Assembly (NCBI GenBank): GCA_963802395.1
Contig: CAWDIP010000005.1
Span: forward strand, 851,363-915,362
DNA: 64,000 bases
From: an uncultured Actinomycetes bacterium
GTDB taxonomy: Bacteria; Actinomycetota; Acidimicrobiia; Acidimicrobiales; Ilumatobacteraceae
Direction: 5' to 3'
Shown in pieces: positions 30,994 to 40,167 of the stretch. Both the position numbers and the translations under genes were made by a program. The notes below the pieces were generated by a model. It made no database searches. It saw only the letters and a list, made by a program, of their open reading frames with translations, and was not told where the DNA came from. The stretch's first letter is position 1; the number at the start of each line of letters is the position of its first letter.

Positions 30994-33034
30994 GCTCAGT
31001 GGGCTGGTCGGCCGTCACGAGCGTCTGCTCCACCTCCGACTCGATGACCGGCGCGGTCACCGGCACGGACGGGCTGGCCGATGCGGTGCGAATCATCTTG
31101 ATCAACGATGCCGCGAGTCCCTCGACAGCGCCTCCCCCGCCGGTGACGAGCACCTCGGGCACGATCTGGATGCTGCCGTCGCCGACGGCGTTCGCCACGG
31201 CCACAAGGGCTGTCGCCCCTTCGCCGAGCGCGTGCTTCTGGGCTTCGTAGCCGGCGGCCTTCGCCAACCCGAGCGCCTCGGTGGCGCGAGCCTCAGCGAG
31301 CCCGATCGCCTGCAGCCGCGCCGCCTCCGCACGACCAGTGGTCTCGACGTAGGCCGCCTCTCCTCGGGCTTCGGCTTCGCGGGCATCGGCCCGGTTCCGG
31401 TTGATGTCGACACTCACCTGCGACGTCGCGAGCTGGCTCTGCATGTCGGCGGTTCCCCGAGCCTTCTCCATCTCGATACGGGCGATCTGTGCGCTCTGTT
31501 GCTCGTGGAAGGTGGCCTTCTCCTGTTTGGCGATCTCTCGCTGGGTCAATACCTGGACGAGTTCGGCCGGGAACTCGACATCTTGGATGTAGACGCCCCG
31601 CGTCTCGACGTCGTACGCGGCGAGGTAGCTCGAGATCGCATCGAGCGCAGAGCGCTGCACCTCACGGCGGGTCTCGATGAACTGCACCGCCTCCAACGCC
31701 TGGAGGGTGTTGCGGAAATGGTTGCCCACCGCCGACTGCAGCACTTCGTTCACGAGGTTCTGCATGGTGCCGACCATCGAGATCACTTTCGGCGCCTTCG
31801 TGTCGGGCACGTGGATCTGGACCTGGAGGTCGATCCGGAAGATGAAGCCCTCGCGGCTCTTGCCCTCGATGGGCGACAGATGGGCGTCGAGGTTGTGGGC
31901 CTGACTCACGGCGCTCGCCCAGTTCAGCGTGAGGATGCTCGTCGGCACGATCTCGGCTGCGTAGCACCGCGGGTTGATCGGGTACTTGCCGGTGCGCAGC
32001 GGCTCCTGCCAAATCCCGCGATGCCCGGGAGCCACGATCGAGCCGAACTTGAACTCGATGCCGCTCGTGTCGAGGGTGGGCAGCCCGACGAACGCCTTCA
32101 CGACCGCGACCTCGCCCTGCTTCACCACCAGCATCGGTACCAGTTCGACCCGGACCAGGAACGGATTCAGCAGGTAGGCGCCATAGAGCAGCGGGTCGTG
32201 CTGCAGACCGATCTTGCCGCCGTTGTCGACGAACTTCTGGAAGTCCTGGTAGTTGTTGTGCAGCTCGTTCTTGTTGCCGAGCAGCACTTCGATGATCTCG
32301 GCGTCGGCGGCGTTCGCCTGCTCCATCGCGACGATGTCGGCGTACGCACCGAGCCGGCTGGCGATGTCGCCACTCGGGAGGGGCTCACCCTCGAGCGCCG
32401 TCACGATTCCGATGACGTCCTGCTGTCCCTGCGGCGCGATCACCGTGATCTGCAGCTGTTGAACGGTGAGCCCGAACGATTCGGCACGCAGTCCCTCACG
32501 GGACTTGGAGACCTGCACCAGGTCGACCGACACCGGCATGCCATAGACGCTGCTGGCGGTGAGCACGATGAAACCCACCGGGTGGATCGGCATCAGCGTT
32601 CCCGGTGGCAACACTGGCCGCTGCACGCCCTTCTGGCCGCCGTTGGCGAGGAAGGTGCTCACGTTGGAGAAGTTCGCGAACTCGGGCCGGTAGACCACGC
32701 TCTTGGCGCCGATGGGGAGCGGGTCGCCGACCTGGGCGATGACCACCCCGATCTCGCCGGCCGGCACCTGGACCCAGGCATGACGCTGCACTGCGAAGAC
32801 CGGCCAGAGCTTGAACCGCAGCCCGGGCATCAGCAACTCGGCCTGGTACCCAGCCTCCCCTCGGAAGGCGATCGGGTCGTCGTTGGTGAGCTTCTTCAGC
32901 GCGAAGCGCTTGTTGACCAGCCCGACCTGCGCCGGGCCGATGAGGACGATGGAACGGATGATCAGGACGAGGGCGAGCGCGCCGATGACGATGGCTCCGA
33001 TGCCCGGGGTGCTGACGGCGACCACGTCGCCCAC
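30977..33034 (-). CDS. flotillin / SPFH (band-7) family protein with long C-terminal Ala/Glu-rich coiled-coil
   Basis: N-terminal TM (GIGAIVIGALALVLIIRS), an SPFH core and a flotillin-type EA-repeat tail (EAEARGEAAYVETTGRAEAARLQAIGLAEARATEALGLAKAAGYEAQ). The GTG start at 33034 (or 33025) is inferred. The 1086-aa track ORF is this gene plus an antisense read-through. Confidence 0.75.
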   Translation of the reverse strand: MGDVVAVSTPGIGAIVIGALALVLIIRSIVLIGPAQVGLVNKRFALKKLTNDDPIAFRGEAGYQAELLMPGLRFKLWPVFAVQRHAWVQVPAGEIGVVIAQVGDPLPIGAKSVVYRPEFANFSNVSTFLANGGQKGVQRPVLPPGTLMPIHPVGFIVLTASSVYGMPVSVDLVQVSKSREGLRAESFGLTVQQLQITVIAPQGQQDVIGIVTALEGEPLPSGDIASRLGAYADIVAMEQANAADAEIIEVLLGNKNELHNNYQDFQKFVDNGGKIGLQHDPLLYGAYLLNPFLVRVELVPMLVVKQGEVAVVKAFVGLPTLDTSGIEFKFGSIVAPGHRGIWQEPLRTGKYPINPRCYAAEIVPTSILTLNWASAVSQAHNLDAHLSPIEGKSREGFIFRIDLQVQIHVPDTKAPKVISMVGTMQNLVNEVLQSAVGNHFRNTLQALEAVQFIETRREVQRSALDAISSYLAAYDVETRGVYIQDVEFPAELVQVLTQREIAKQEKATFHEQQSAQIARIEMEKARGTADMQSQLATSQVSVDINRNRADAREAEARGEAAYVETTGRAEAARLQAIGLAEARATEALGLAKAAGYEAQKHALGEGATALVAVANAVGDGSIQIVPEVLVTGGGGAVEGLAASLIKMIRTASASPSVPVTAPVIESEVEQTLVTADQPTEREATA

Positions 33035-33216
33035 CTGCTTTCTGTGCTCGGTGTCGTGCGTTGTAGGTATCGCCGACCAGATTCCCGGCACTCCGATCCC
33101 AGGTGTACACCCACGCGCCTCGGCGAGCAAGGAGAACCGCCGACGCGACGATCCGGCCGCCCCTGTCGGGACCGGCCGGATCGCACGCGGAGATCGGTTG
33201 TCGCCTGCTCCCGGGG

Positions 33217-34056
33217 TCAGCGGTCGCGGAGCTTGGCCAACAGGCGCAGGATCTCCAGGTACAACCACACGAGCGTGACGAGCAGCCCGAGCGCCGCGAA
33301 CCACTCCATGTGCTTGGGGAGACCGGCCTGCGAGCCCTTGTCGATGAAATCGAAATCGAGTGCGAGGTTGAAGGCGGCGAGGCCGGCGACGAAGAAGCTG
33401 AACGCGATGCCCGTCGCCGACGACGAGGTCAGGAATTCGACTTTTCCGCCGAACAGGTTGATCAGCATGGCGATGCCGTAGAAGATCGCCACGCCGAGGG
33501 TGGCGCCCATGACGATGCGCCGGAACCGGTTGGTCACCTTGATGGTCTCGGTGCGGTAGAGCACGAGCATGACGCAGAAGACCGCGGCGGTGGCGCCTGC
33601 CGCCTGGACGACGATGCCGCTGTACGCAGCGTTGTAGTAGTGCGAGACCACGCCGACGAAGTACCCCTCGGCCAGGGCGTAGATCGGGGCGAGGACCTTG
33701 GCCCACTGCGGCTTGAAGTAGCAGGCGATCACGGCGCCGAAGCCGACCAGGACACCCACCATGGCGATCCCGGGGAAGGACGGGTCGGTCACCGGCTCCA
33801 CCGAGAACCAGCCAACGGCGGCAGCGGCCAGGAGCAGCACCATCAGAACACCGGTTGCGCTGGCTGTTCCCGCCACGGTCATGGCGTCGGCCGACCGAGC
33901 ACCGGTGGGTGGCCACGAAGTCACCGGGCCATCGGTGATGGGGCCGGCGTTGATCGGCATGCCGTAGCCCGGGGTGCTCCGATCGGGCGGGGCCCAGGTG
34001 CCGGAGCGCTCGGCCGCAGCAGGCAACGCCTTGTCGTTGAGGAGCGGGTTGGCCAT
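33217..34056 (-). CDS. Bax-inhibitor-1 / YccA family membrane protein
   Basis: About 279 aa, 7 predicted TMs. AVIACYFKPQWAKVLAPIYALAEGYFVGVVSHYY...FRRIVMGATLGVAIFYGIAMLINLF is a BI-1/YccA-like pattern. Confidence 0.75.
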   Translation of the reverse strand: MANPLLNDKALPAAAERSGTWAPPDRSTPGYGMPINAGPITDGPVTSWPPTGARSADAMTVAGTASATGVLMVLLLAAAAVGWFSVEPVTDPSFPGIAMVGVLVGFGAVIACYFKPQWAKVLAPIYALAEGYFVGVVSHYYNAAYSGIVVQAAGATAAVFCVMLVLYRTETIKVTNRFRRIVMGATLGVAIFYGIAMLINLFGGKVEFLTSSSATGIAFSFFVAGLAAFNLALDFDFIDKGSQAGLPKHMEWFAALGLLVTLVWLYLEILRLLAKLRDR

Positions 34057-34428
34057 CGAGGACCTCCAGAGACGTACCGGGTGACGTAGTGATCGGGACG
34101 TTACCGCCGCCGACCACGTCAGGAGCGCTCCTGGTCGATGGTTGGCACCCACTCCTGGTCCGTTCAGGCGGTCCTGCGGCAGGCTCGCCCACGTCTGTTC
34201 CTGGCCAAGAAGGGATCAAGTTCACGGCCGCCCTCACACCGTGGCCAGGTGTGACAGGCGTCGGCCCCCGACGACAGTCACGCTCGGCGCCCTTCTGCCA
34301 CCTACCGTGGGCTGGGAGAATGACGAAAAGACGCCCGTCCGGGTTGACGGACTTGACCGCGTGGGTATCGTGATCAACGTCCCGTCCGGCCGGGTAGTAT
34401 CCCCGGCCTTCACCCCTCCGAGAGGTGG

Positions 34429-35373
34429 ATGTCCGTGGCCAAGGATCGCGTCGAGCGAGACGAGGAAGATCTGGTCCGGCTGTATCTGACCGATATCGGC
34501 CAGTACACGCTGTTGACCAAAGACGACGAAGTTCGTCTCGCCAAGCAGATCGAGGCGGGCAAGACTGCCGCTGCGGAGTTGGAGAAGGGTGGCAAGGAGC
34601 TCTCCGCTTCGAAGAAGCGCGAGCTTCGTCGCCTTGCCCGAGAAGGGGAAGAGGCCGAACGAGCGTTCGTCCAGTCGAACCTTCGACTCGTCGTCTCCAT
34701 CGCCAAGAAGTACCAGGCGTCGGGGCTCCCCCTCCTCGACTTGATCCAGGAGGGCAATCTCGGCCTCATGCACACGGTCGAGAAGTTCGACTGGCGCAAG
34801 GGCTTCAAGTTCTCCACGTATGCCACGTGGTGGATTCGTCAGGCGATCACCCGCGGCATCGCCAACACCGGACGCACGATTCGGCTCCCGGTCCACGCGG
34901 GCGACACGCTCGCCCGGTTGCAGAAGGCCCGGGCCCGGCTCGAACTCAAGATGGGCCGCCCGGCGACCCTGTCGGAGCTCGCCCGCGAAGTGGAGATGCC
35001 CGAGGACAAGGTGACCGAGGCGCTGCGCTTCGCCGCCGAGCCCCTCTCGCTCTCCGAACCGCTGCGCGAGGACGGCGACGCCGAGCTCGGCGACGTCGTC
35101 GAGGACCGGTCGGCCGAGAGCCCCTTCGAGGTGGCTGCCACTGCGCTGCTTCCCGACGAGATCAACCGGTTGCTCGCCCCGCTCGACGATCGGGAACGCG
35201 AGATCCTGAAGTTGCGCTTCGGCCTCGATCGCGGCGAGCCACGCACGCTCGAAGAGGTCGGTGAGCACTTCAACCTCACCCGGGAGCGCATCCGCCAGAT
35301 CGAGGCCCGAGCCATGAGCAAGCTGCGCCACCCGTCGAGCGACACCGGCGCACGAGACCTGCTCGCCGTCTGA
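34429..35373 (+). CDS. sigB: RNA polymerase sigma factor, group 2 (SigB-like) sigma-70
   Basis: Intact 314 aa. Region 2 (DLIQEGNLGLMHTVEKFDWRKGFKFSTYATWWIRQAI), region 3, and region 4 (LREILKLRFGLDRGEPRTLEEVGEHFNLTRERIRQIEARAMSKLRH). There is no long region 1.1, so it is not the principal SigA. Confidence 0.85.
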   Translation: MSVAKDRVERDEEDLVRLYLTDIGQYTLLTKDDEVRLAKQIEAGKTAAAELEKGGKELSASKKRELRRLAREGEEAERAFVQSNLRLVVSIAKKYQASGLPLLDLIQEGNLGLMHTVEKFDWRKGFKFSTYATWWIRQAITRGIANTGRTIRLPVHAGDTLARLQKARARLELKMGRPATLSELAREVEMPEDKVTEALRFAAEPLSLSEPLREDGDAELGDVVEDRSAESPFEVAATALLPDEINRLLAPLDDREREILKLRFGLDRGEPRTLEEVGEHFNLTRERIRQIEARAMSKLRHPSSDTGARDLLAV

Positions 35374-35396
35374 CCGAAGTCCAGCAGTGACGAACT

Positions 35397-35428
35397 GAGA
35401 GGAGCGCCCCGCGAGGGGCGCTCCTCTC
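35397..35428. terminator. perfect 14-bp stem hairpin (GAGAGGAGCGCCCC-GCGA-GGGGCGCTCCTCTC) between convergent sigB-like and Pro-rich membrane protein genes; likely bidirectional intrinsic terminator
   Basis: Perfect inverted repeat with a 4-nt loop in the 91-nt convergent intergenic gap, followed by a T-rich GTTCTCTC. Confidence 0.55.
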
Positions 35429-35464
35429 GTTCTCTCACATGGAACGCGCCAGCTCGGCGAGTCG

Positions 35465-36259
35465 TCACAGGCGCTGGGCGGTGCGGCCCATCATGGTGTT
35501 CCGGTAGATCACGGCGAACGAGCACAGGCCGAACGAGGTGAGGGCGAACTGCAAGATGGCGCCGAGGATCGGTCCGAGGACCGGGATGACGCCGAGGATC
35601 GTCGCGATCACCGCAGCGGCGATCAGCAGGCCGAGGAACACGAGGAACACGAGAATGATGTTGCCCGATTGCTCTTTGACCGCCGCGAAGCTGGCGCCCA
35701 GCGGGTTCTCACCGTCGGCTCGGCGTTCCATCGCGGCGAACGGAACGAGACAGAGGAAGAAGGCCGCGATGAGCCCCGGCAGGACGCACAGCACGAGCCC
35801 GATTGCCACGATGATGGCGGCCACGATCGACCAGAGCAGGTAGGCACCGGCCCGCGAAGTGGCCTGCTGGAAGAGCGCCCCGATCGCCATCGGCTCATGG
35901 TCGACAGCAGCCAACGCCAACCGAGTGGTGGCGAGGGAACCGATGATGCTGACGACCACCGAGATCGCGGCCACGAGCAACAGACCGGCAGTCTCCGGAT
36001 CGTCGCCATTGATGAGTGCTCCGAGCAATCCGTTGATCACCCCGACGATCACCGCAACGATCACGAAGTCCTTGAGTCGCGCCCGGAACGCCGCCCAACC
36101 GCGGCTCAGCACCGCCCCGACGCTGAGCGGCCCTTCTCCCGGGGCAGGCGGTTGGTACATGCCGCCGGGCGGAATCGGTGGGGGCGGCGGCGGCCCGGGC
36201 GGCGGCGGGGGCGGCGGCGGCCCGGGCGGCGGCGGGGGCGGCGGCGGCGGCATGCTCAT
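35465..36259 (-). CDS. membrane protein with proline-rich N-terminus (PPPPPPPPPPGPPPPPPPPGPPPPPP) and 6 predicted TM helices
   Basis: About 264 aa. MSMPPPPPPPPPGPP...GMYQPPAPGEGPLS is followed by hydrophobic helices (FVIVAVIVGVINGLLGALING, LLLVAAISVVVSIIGSL, and others). The Pro-repeat is encoded by a GGC/GGG tandem DNA repeat. Confidence 0.55.
   Translation of the reverse strand: MSMPPPPPPPPPGPPPPPPPPGPPPPPPIPPGGMYQPPAPGEGPLSVGAVLSRGWAAFRARLKDFVIVAVIVGVINGLLGALINGDDPETAGLLLVAAISVVVSIIGSLATTRLALAAVDHEPMAIGALFQQATSRAGAYLLWSIVAAIIVAIGLVLCVLPGLIAAFFLCLVPFAAMERRADGENPLGASFAAVKEQSGNIILVFLVFLGLLIAAAVIATILGVIPVLGPILGAILQFALTSFGLCSFAVIYRNTMMGRTAQRL
36179..36250. repeat. tandem ~27-bp GC-rich repeat (GGGGCGGCGGCGGCCCGGGCGGCGGC x ~2.6) encoding the poly-Pro tract
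   Basis: Direct repetition is visible in the sequence at 36181-36250. Confidence 0.6.
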
Positions 36260-36436
36260 GTAGTGGGTCCTCCCTGGTGACGACAGGCGAAGGCTAGGGC
36301 ACCGACGGACGAGGACCGAGCACCCGACCACCGAGGCACCCATCGGATGTCGTGGCCAACGAGCGGAAGGCAAGATCCCGATCGGTCGACCGACAGAGTC
36401 CGTTGAACGAATGCCGAATCTGCCGATTGAAACGGT

Positions 36437-38755
36437 GTGGCACGACCAACCGAGCCGAGCGCGGGAGCATCGGGCTCTCATCGCGACGCGATCAGTGCCG
36501 CGGCGCGAGTCGCCTTGGCGACCCTGTGGGCGCTGACCATCCTCTACACCTGGTCGGTGCTGTACGTCTCGCGGCCCGAATCGGGATACAGCACTTTGTG
36601 GGAAGGCGTGGTGGCCAAGGTCCTGTACGGCGGCGCCGCGCTCATCGTCTTGATCCGGGCGACCCGGTTTCGTCGCCAACGCGCCGGCCAACTTGCGCTC
36701 GGACTCGGGTTGACGTCGAACGCGTTTGCTGACCTCTGGTACACGTTCTACGAGCAGAACCTCGATCCGATTCCGTTTCCGGGCTACTCCGATGTCCCTT
36801 ACCTGCTCACCTACGCCGGCTTGGCCGCCGGAGTCGTACTGATCTTCCAGGCCCAACAGCGCCGCAACACCGCCATGATCCTCGACGGACTCATCGTTGC
36901 ACTCGGGTCTGCGGCGGCGGCCGCCCCGTTCGTCTTCCAACCAGCACTCGCTGTCTCGGGCAGCCCGGCGCAGGCTGCGGTCGGACTCGCGTATCCGCTC
37001 CTCGACCTCTTGATCATGATCCTGTTGGTTGCGTCCGTCGCGTCCAACGGCCATCGACCGTCTCCGTCGGCCTTGTGGCTCGCCGCCGGCGTACTCGCGT
37101 TCGGCGGAGGTGACATCGCCTACCTGACCGCGGTCGAAGCCGAGACCTATCTTCCCGGCACGCTGATGGACGTCACCTGGATCGTCGGGGTGATGTGCTT
37201 GGCCACGGCCGCCTGGTCGCGCACCGCCGTCCGTGGTGGGTCGGGCGGCGACACCCACATGAGCCTCTCGCTGTTGCCTGTGATCGGCGCGACCATCGCG
37301 CTCGTCGTTCCGACGATGCAGATCTTCCTCCATGTGCCGCCCATCGCGATCGTGCTCGCGGTGCTCACCGTCACGGTGGTTCTCATCCGCCTGGCGTTCT
37401 CGTTGCGCGATGTCCGCCGATTGCTCGTGGTCTCGCGGCAGGCCCGGACGGACGAGCTCACCGCACTACCGAACCGGCGAGGATTCTTCGAGCTTCTCGA
37501 CCGTTGTCTGCTCGAGCGATCCGGACTGGCGGTGCTCCTGTTCGATCTCGACGGGTTCAAGGAGATCAACGACTCGCTCGGTCACGCCGCGGGGGATGAG
37601 CTCCTTCAACGGTTGTCCACCCGCGTCAGCAATCGGATGCCCGCCGGCACACACTTCGCTCGGCTCGGCGGCGACGAGTTCGCAGCCATCTTGCCGGTGG
37701 GGAACGAGACCGCGGCGTTCGAGGTCGCCACCGCGCTGGCCGGTTGGTTCCGCGAACCTGTCGCTGTGGAAGGAGTACCGGTCAGGGTGGGCGCGTCGTG
37801 CGGCGTCGCGCTCGCCCCGCTCCACGGAACAGCTCGTAGCGACTTGCTCCGGGCCGCAGACGTCGCCATGTATCAGGCCAAGCGCACCCTCACCGGTGGG
37901 GTGATCGTCTACCAGACCGACGCTGATCCCCATGATCGTGACCGACTGCAGCTCCTGGAGGAGTTCCGGGTGGCGCTCGATGCCCAGGAGTTCGTCCTCC
38001 ACTATCAACCGCTCATCTCCTTCGCCGACGGATCGGTCTCCGGCGTCGAGGCACTCGTCCGCTGGGCCCACCCGACCCATGGTCTGCTGGCGCCGCTGTC
38101 TTTCATTCCTCTCGCCGAGCGCGCCGGCCTGCTTCCACGCCTCACGCGGATCGTGGTGGAACAGGCCGTCGCCTTTGCCTCGACGTTCGGCACTGCTGAC
38201 GGTGATCTCGCGGTCAGTGTGAACATCTCGGTGCAAGACCTGCTGGACGAGGCCCTGCACCATGCGGTCACTTCGGCGCTCCAACGCCATGGAGTGGACG
38301 GTCGGCGACTCACGCTCGAGATCACCGAAGACGCACTCGTTCGCGACCCTGAACGGGCCCGCCGGCTCCTGCGCCCGTTGCGGGTTCTGGGAGTTCGGGT
38401 TGCGGTCGACGACTTCGGCACCGGCTACCAGTCGCTCGGTCAACTCCTCGCGCTGGACATCGACGAAGTGAAGCTCGACCGCTCGCTGGTCGCCGATGTC
38501 GCCGACAACCCGCGTTCACAGGCGGTGGTTCGAGCCATGGCGTCGCTCACCCGATCGCTCGGGCTGGACCTCGTCGCCGAAGGCATTGAGACCAGGGAAG
38601 CCCTTCAACAGCTGCGCGAGCTCGGCTGCACCATTGCCCAGGGCTTCTTCCTCGCCCGACCGCTGCCCGGCAACGATCTCCATGCCGAGATCGAGCGGCT
38701 GATTGCTGACGACCCGATGGGTCACCGCGTCACCTCGGGCGGCCCGGCTCGCTGA
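36437..38755 (+). CDS. integral-membrane sensor GGDEF-EAL c-di-GMP signalling protein
   Basis: Intact 772 aa. About 8 N-terminal TM helices (a MASE-like sensor), GGDEF with RLGGDEF, and EAL (EALVRW...EITED...DDFGTGYQSL...KLDRSLV). Confidence 0.85.
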   Translation: MARPTEPSAGASGSHRDAISAAARVALATLWALTILYTWSVLYVSRPESGYSTLWEGVVAKVLYGGAALIVLIRATRFRRQRAGQLALGLGLTSNAFADLWYTFYEQNLDPIPFPGYSDVPYLLTYAGLAAGVVLIFQAQQRRNTAMILDGLIVALGSAAAAAPFVFQPALAVSGSPAQAAVGLAYPLLDLLIMILLVASVASNGHRPSPSALWLAAGVLAFGGGDIAYLTAVEAETYLPGTLMDVTWIVGVMCLATAAWSRTAVRGGSGGDTHMSLSLLPVIGATIALVVPTMQIFLHVPPIAIVLAVLTVTVVLIRLAFSLRDVRRLLVVSRQARTDELTALPNRRGFFELLDRCLLERSGLAVLLFDLDGFKEINDSLGHAAGDELLQRLSTRVSNRMPAGTHFARLGGDEFAAILPVGNETAAFEVATALAGWFREPVAVEGVPVRVGASCGVALAPLHGTARSDLLRAADVAMYQAKRTLTGGVIVYQTDADPHDRDRLQLLEEFRVALDAQEFVLHYQPLISFADGSVSGVEALVRWAHPTHGLLAPLSFIPLAERAGLLPRLTRIVVEQAVAFASTFGTADGDLAVSVNISVQDLLDEALHHAVTSALQRHGVDGRRLTLEITEDALVRDPERARRLLRPLRVLGVRVAVDDFGTGYQSLGQLLALDIDEVKLDRSLVADVADNPRSQAVVRAMASLTRSLGLDLVAEGIETREALQQLRELGCTIAQGFFLARPLPGNDLHAEIERLIADDPMGHRVTSGGPAR

Positions 38756-38796
38756 CTCTGGCGACCTGCGCTTCGGGCCGCGCGTACCATGGCCTC

Positions 38797-39351
38797 GTGA
38801 CCACGCTCGCCGAACGATACCGCCGACTCGCCGACCACTTCAGCACCGTGGTGAACGCCGTTCCCGACGATCGCTGGGAAGCTGCGTCGCCGTGCGCTGA
38901 CTGGAAAGCGATCGACATCGTCGAACATGTCGCCGAGACCGAACTCGAGTTCCTCCGGCGCATGGCGTTCGCCGACGGACTCCCCGCCGAGCTTCCCGCC
39001 GCTGCGGTGGAGCGCTGGGTGCTCGTTCGGGAGGCGGCGCAATCGGTGCTCGACGATCCCAGTCGTGCCGACCGGACCTACGACGGGTTCTTCGGCCCGA
39101 CAACGGTGGCGAGCACGATCGACCAGTTCTATTCGATGGACCTGTGCGTCCACACGTGGGACCTCGCTCGCGCCGCAGGGCTCTCCCATCTCGAGCCGAT
39201 CGACCCGGTAGAGATGCGGACGATACGAGCCGCGTTGGCGGGGCTCGGCGAGGGCCTCCGTCAACCGGGCGTCATCGGCCCCGAAGCAGCGGTACCGGAC
39301 GACGCCGACGAGCAGACCAGGTTCCTGGCGTGGCTCGGGCGCCGCGCCTGA
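38797..39351 (+). CDS. DinB/YfiT-like (TIGR03086 / mycothiol-maleylpyruvate-isomerase N-terminal domain family) protein
   Basis: Intact 184 aa. AVPDDRWEAASPCADWKAIDIVEHV...FYSMDLCVHTWDLARAAG. A paralog lies at 49819..50412. Confidence 0.7.
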   Translation: MTTLAERYRRLADHFSTVVNAVPDDRWEAASPCADWKAIDIVEHVAETELEFLRRMAFADGLPAELPAAAVERWVLVREAAQSVLDDPSRADRTYDGFFGPTTVASTIDQFYSMDLCVHTWDLARAAGLSHLEPIDPVEMRTIRAALAGLGEGLRQPGVIGPEAAVPDDADEQTRFLAWLGRRA

Positions 39352-39377
39352 GCGAACCGCGTGAGACCCGCCGCGAG

Positions 39378-40142
39378 CTACTCGACCCCTGCCGCTGACT
39401 CGCCGAGGTACGCCGCGATCACCCGCGGATCCGCGCGCACCTCGGCCGGGGTGCCAGCGGCGATGATCGTTCCGAAGTCGAGCACGTAGAGGTAGTCGCA
39501 CACGTTCAGTACGAGTCCCATGTCGTGATCGATCAGGAACAGGCTGATGCCATGCTCGAGGAACGCTCTGAGATGTCCGCCCAAACGCCGGCTCTCGGCA
39601 GTGTCCAGGCCGGCCGCCGGCTCATCGAGCAGCATGAGCTTGGGTCGGGCGGCGAGCACCCTCGCCACGCTGACCAGCTTGCGGGTGCCGTGATCGAGCT
39701 CGCTCGGCAACGCCCCGAGCACTTCGGTCAACCCCATCAGCTCGAGCGCCCAGTCGACCTGCTTCGCCGCTGCTCGGTCGCGTCGAGTGGGGGCCACGAT
39801 GTCGAGCGCGAACGTGTACCACCTTGATCGCTCGACCCCGACCAACAGGTTGTCGCGTACGGTCAGGTCGTCGAACAGCTCCAACGACTGGAAGGTCCGG
39901 GCGAGCCCTGCGAGCGCACGAGCGTCAGGACCCAGGCCGCCGATGTCGTGGCCGTCGAAGGTCACCGTGCCACCGGTCAACGGGGTGAAGCCGGTGATCG
40001 CGTCGATGAAGGTCGTCTTGCCGGCACCGTTGGGCCCGATGAGTCCGACGAGCTTGCCCTGATGGCAGTCCAGATCGATGGCATGGTTGGCGTACACGCC
40101 GCCGTACTTGACCGTCAGCCCACGAGTTTCGAGCAGGGCCAT
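39378..40142 (-). CDS. livG: branched-chain amino acid (Liv-type) ABC transporter ATP-binding protein
   Basis: Intact 254 aa. Walker [16 protein letters not shown] insert, LSGGQ-like and DEPAAGLD motifs give the LivG pattern. Confidence 0.8.
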   Translation of the reverse strand: MALLETRGLTVKYGGVYANHAIDLDCHQGKLVGLIGPNGAGKTTFIDAITGFTPLTGGTVTFDGHDIGGLGPDARALAGLARTFQSLELFDDLTVRDNLLVGVERSRWYTFALDIVAPTRRDRAAAKQVDWALELMGLTEVLGALPSELDHGTRKLVSVARVLAARPKLMLLDEPAAGLDTAESRRLGGHLRAFLEHGISLFLIDHDMGLVLNVCDYLYVLDFGTIIAAGTPAEVRADPRVIAAYLGESAAGVE

Positions 40143-40167
40143 CGAGTCCTCCCGTTCGAATCGACGG

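Noticed and set aside
31232-33481. 749-aa plus-strand ORF
   Set aside because: Antisense to flotillin, with low-complexity Arg/Asp/Gly-rich translation.
30977-34237. Single 1086-aa minus-strand ORF
   Set aside because: Only the C-terminal ~685 aa (30977-33034) is flotillin. The N-terminal ~400 aa is an out-of-frame read-through across the BI-1/YccA gene (33217-34056) with junk composition.
36179-36250. GC-rich tandem repeats (Pro-tract, Gly-tract in ypfJ at ~15830-15900) as possible CRISPR or VNTR elements
   Set aside because: They are coding low-complexity repeats inside ORFs, with no repeat-spacer architecture. No CRISPR array is present in the window.
35465-37333. 622-aa minus-strand ORF read as one gene
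   Set aside because: Only 35465-36259 (the Pro-rich membrane protein) is plausible. The upstream part is antisense to the GGDEF-EAL sensor gene.
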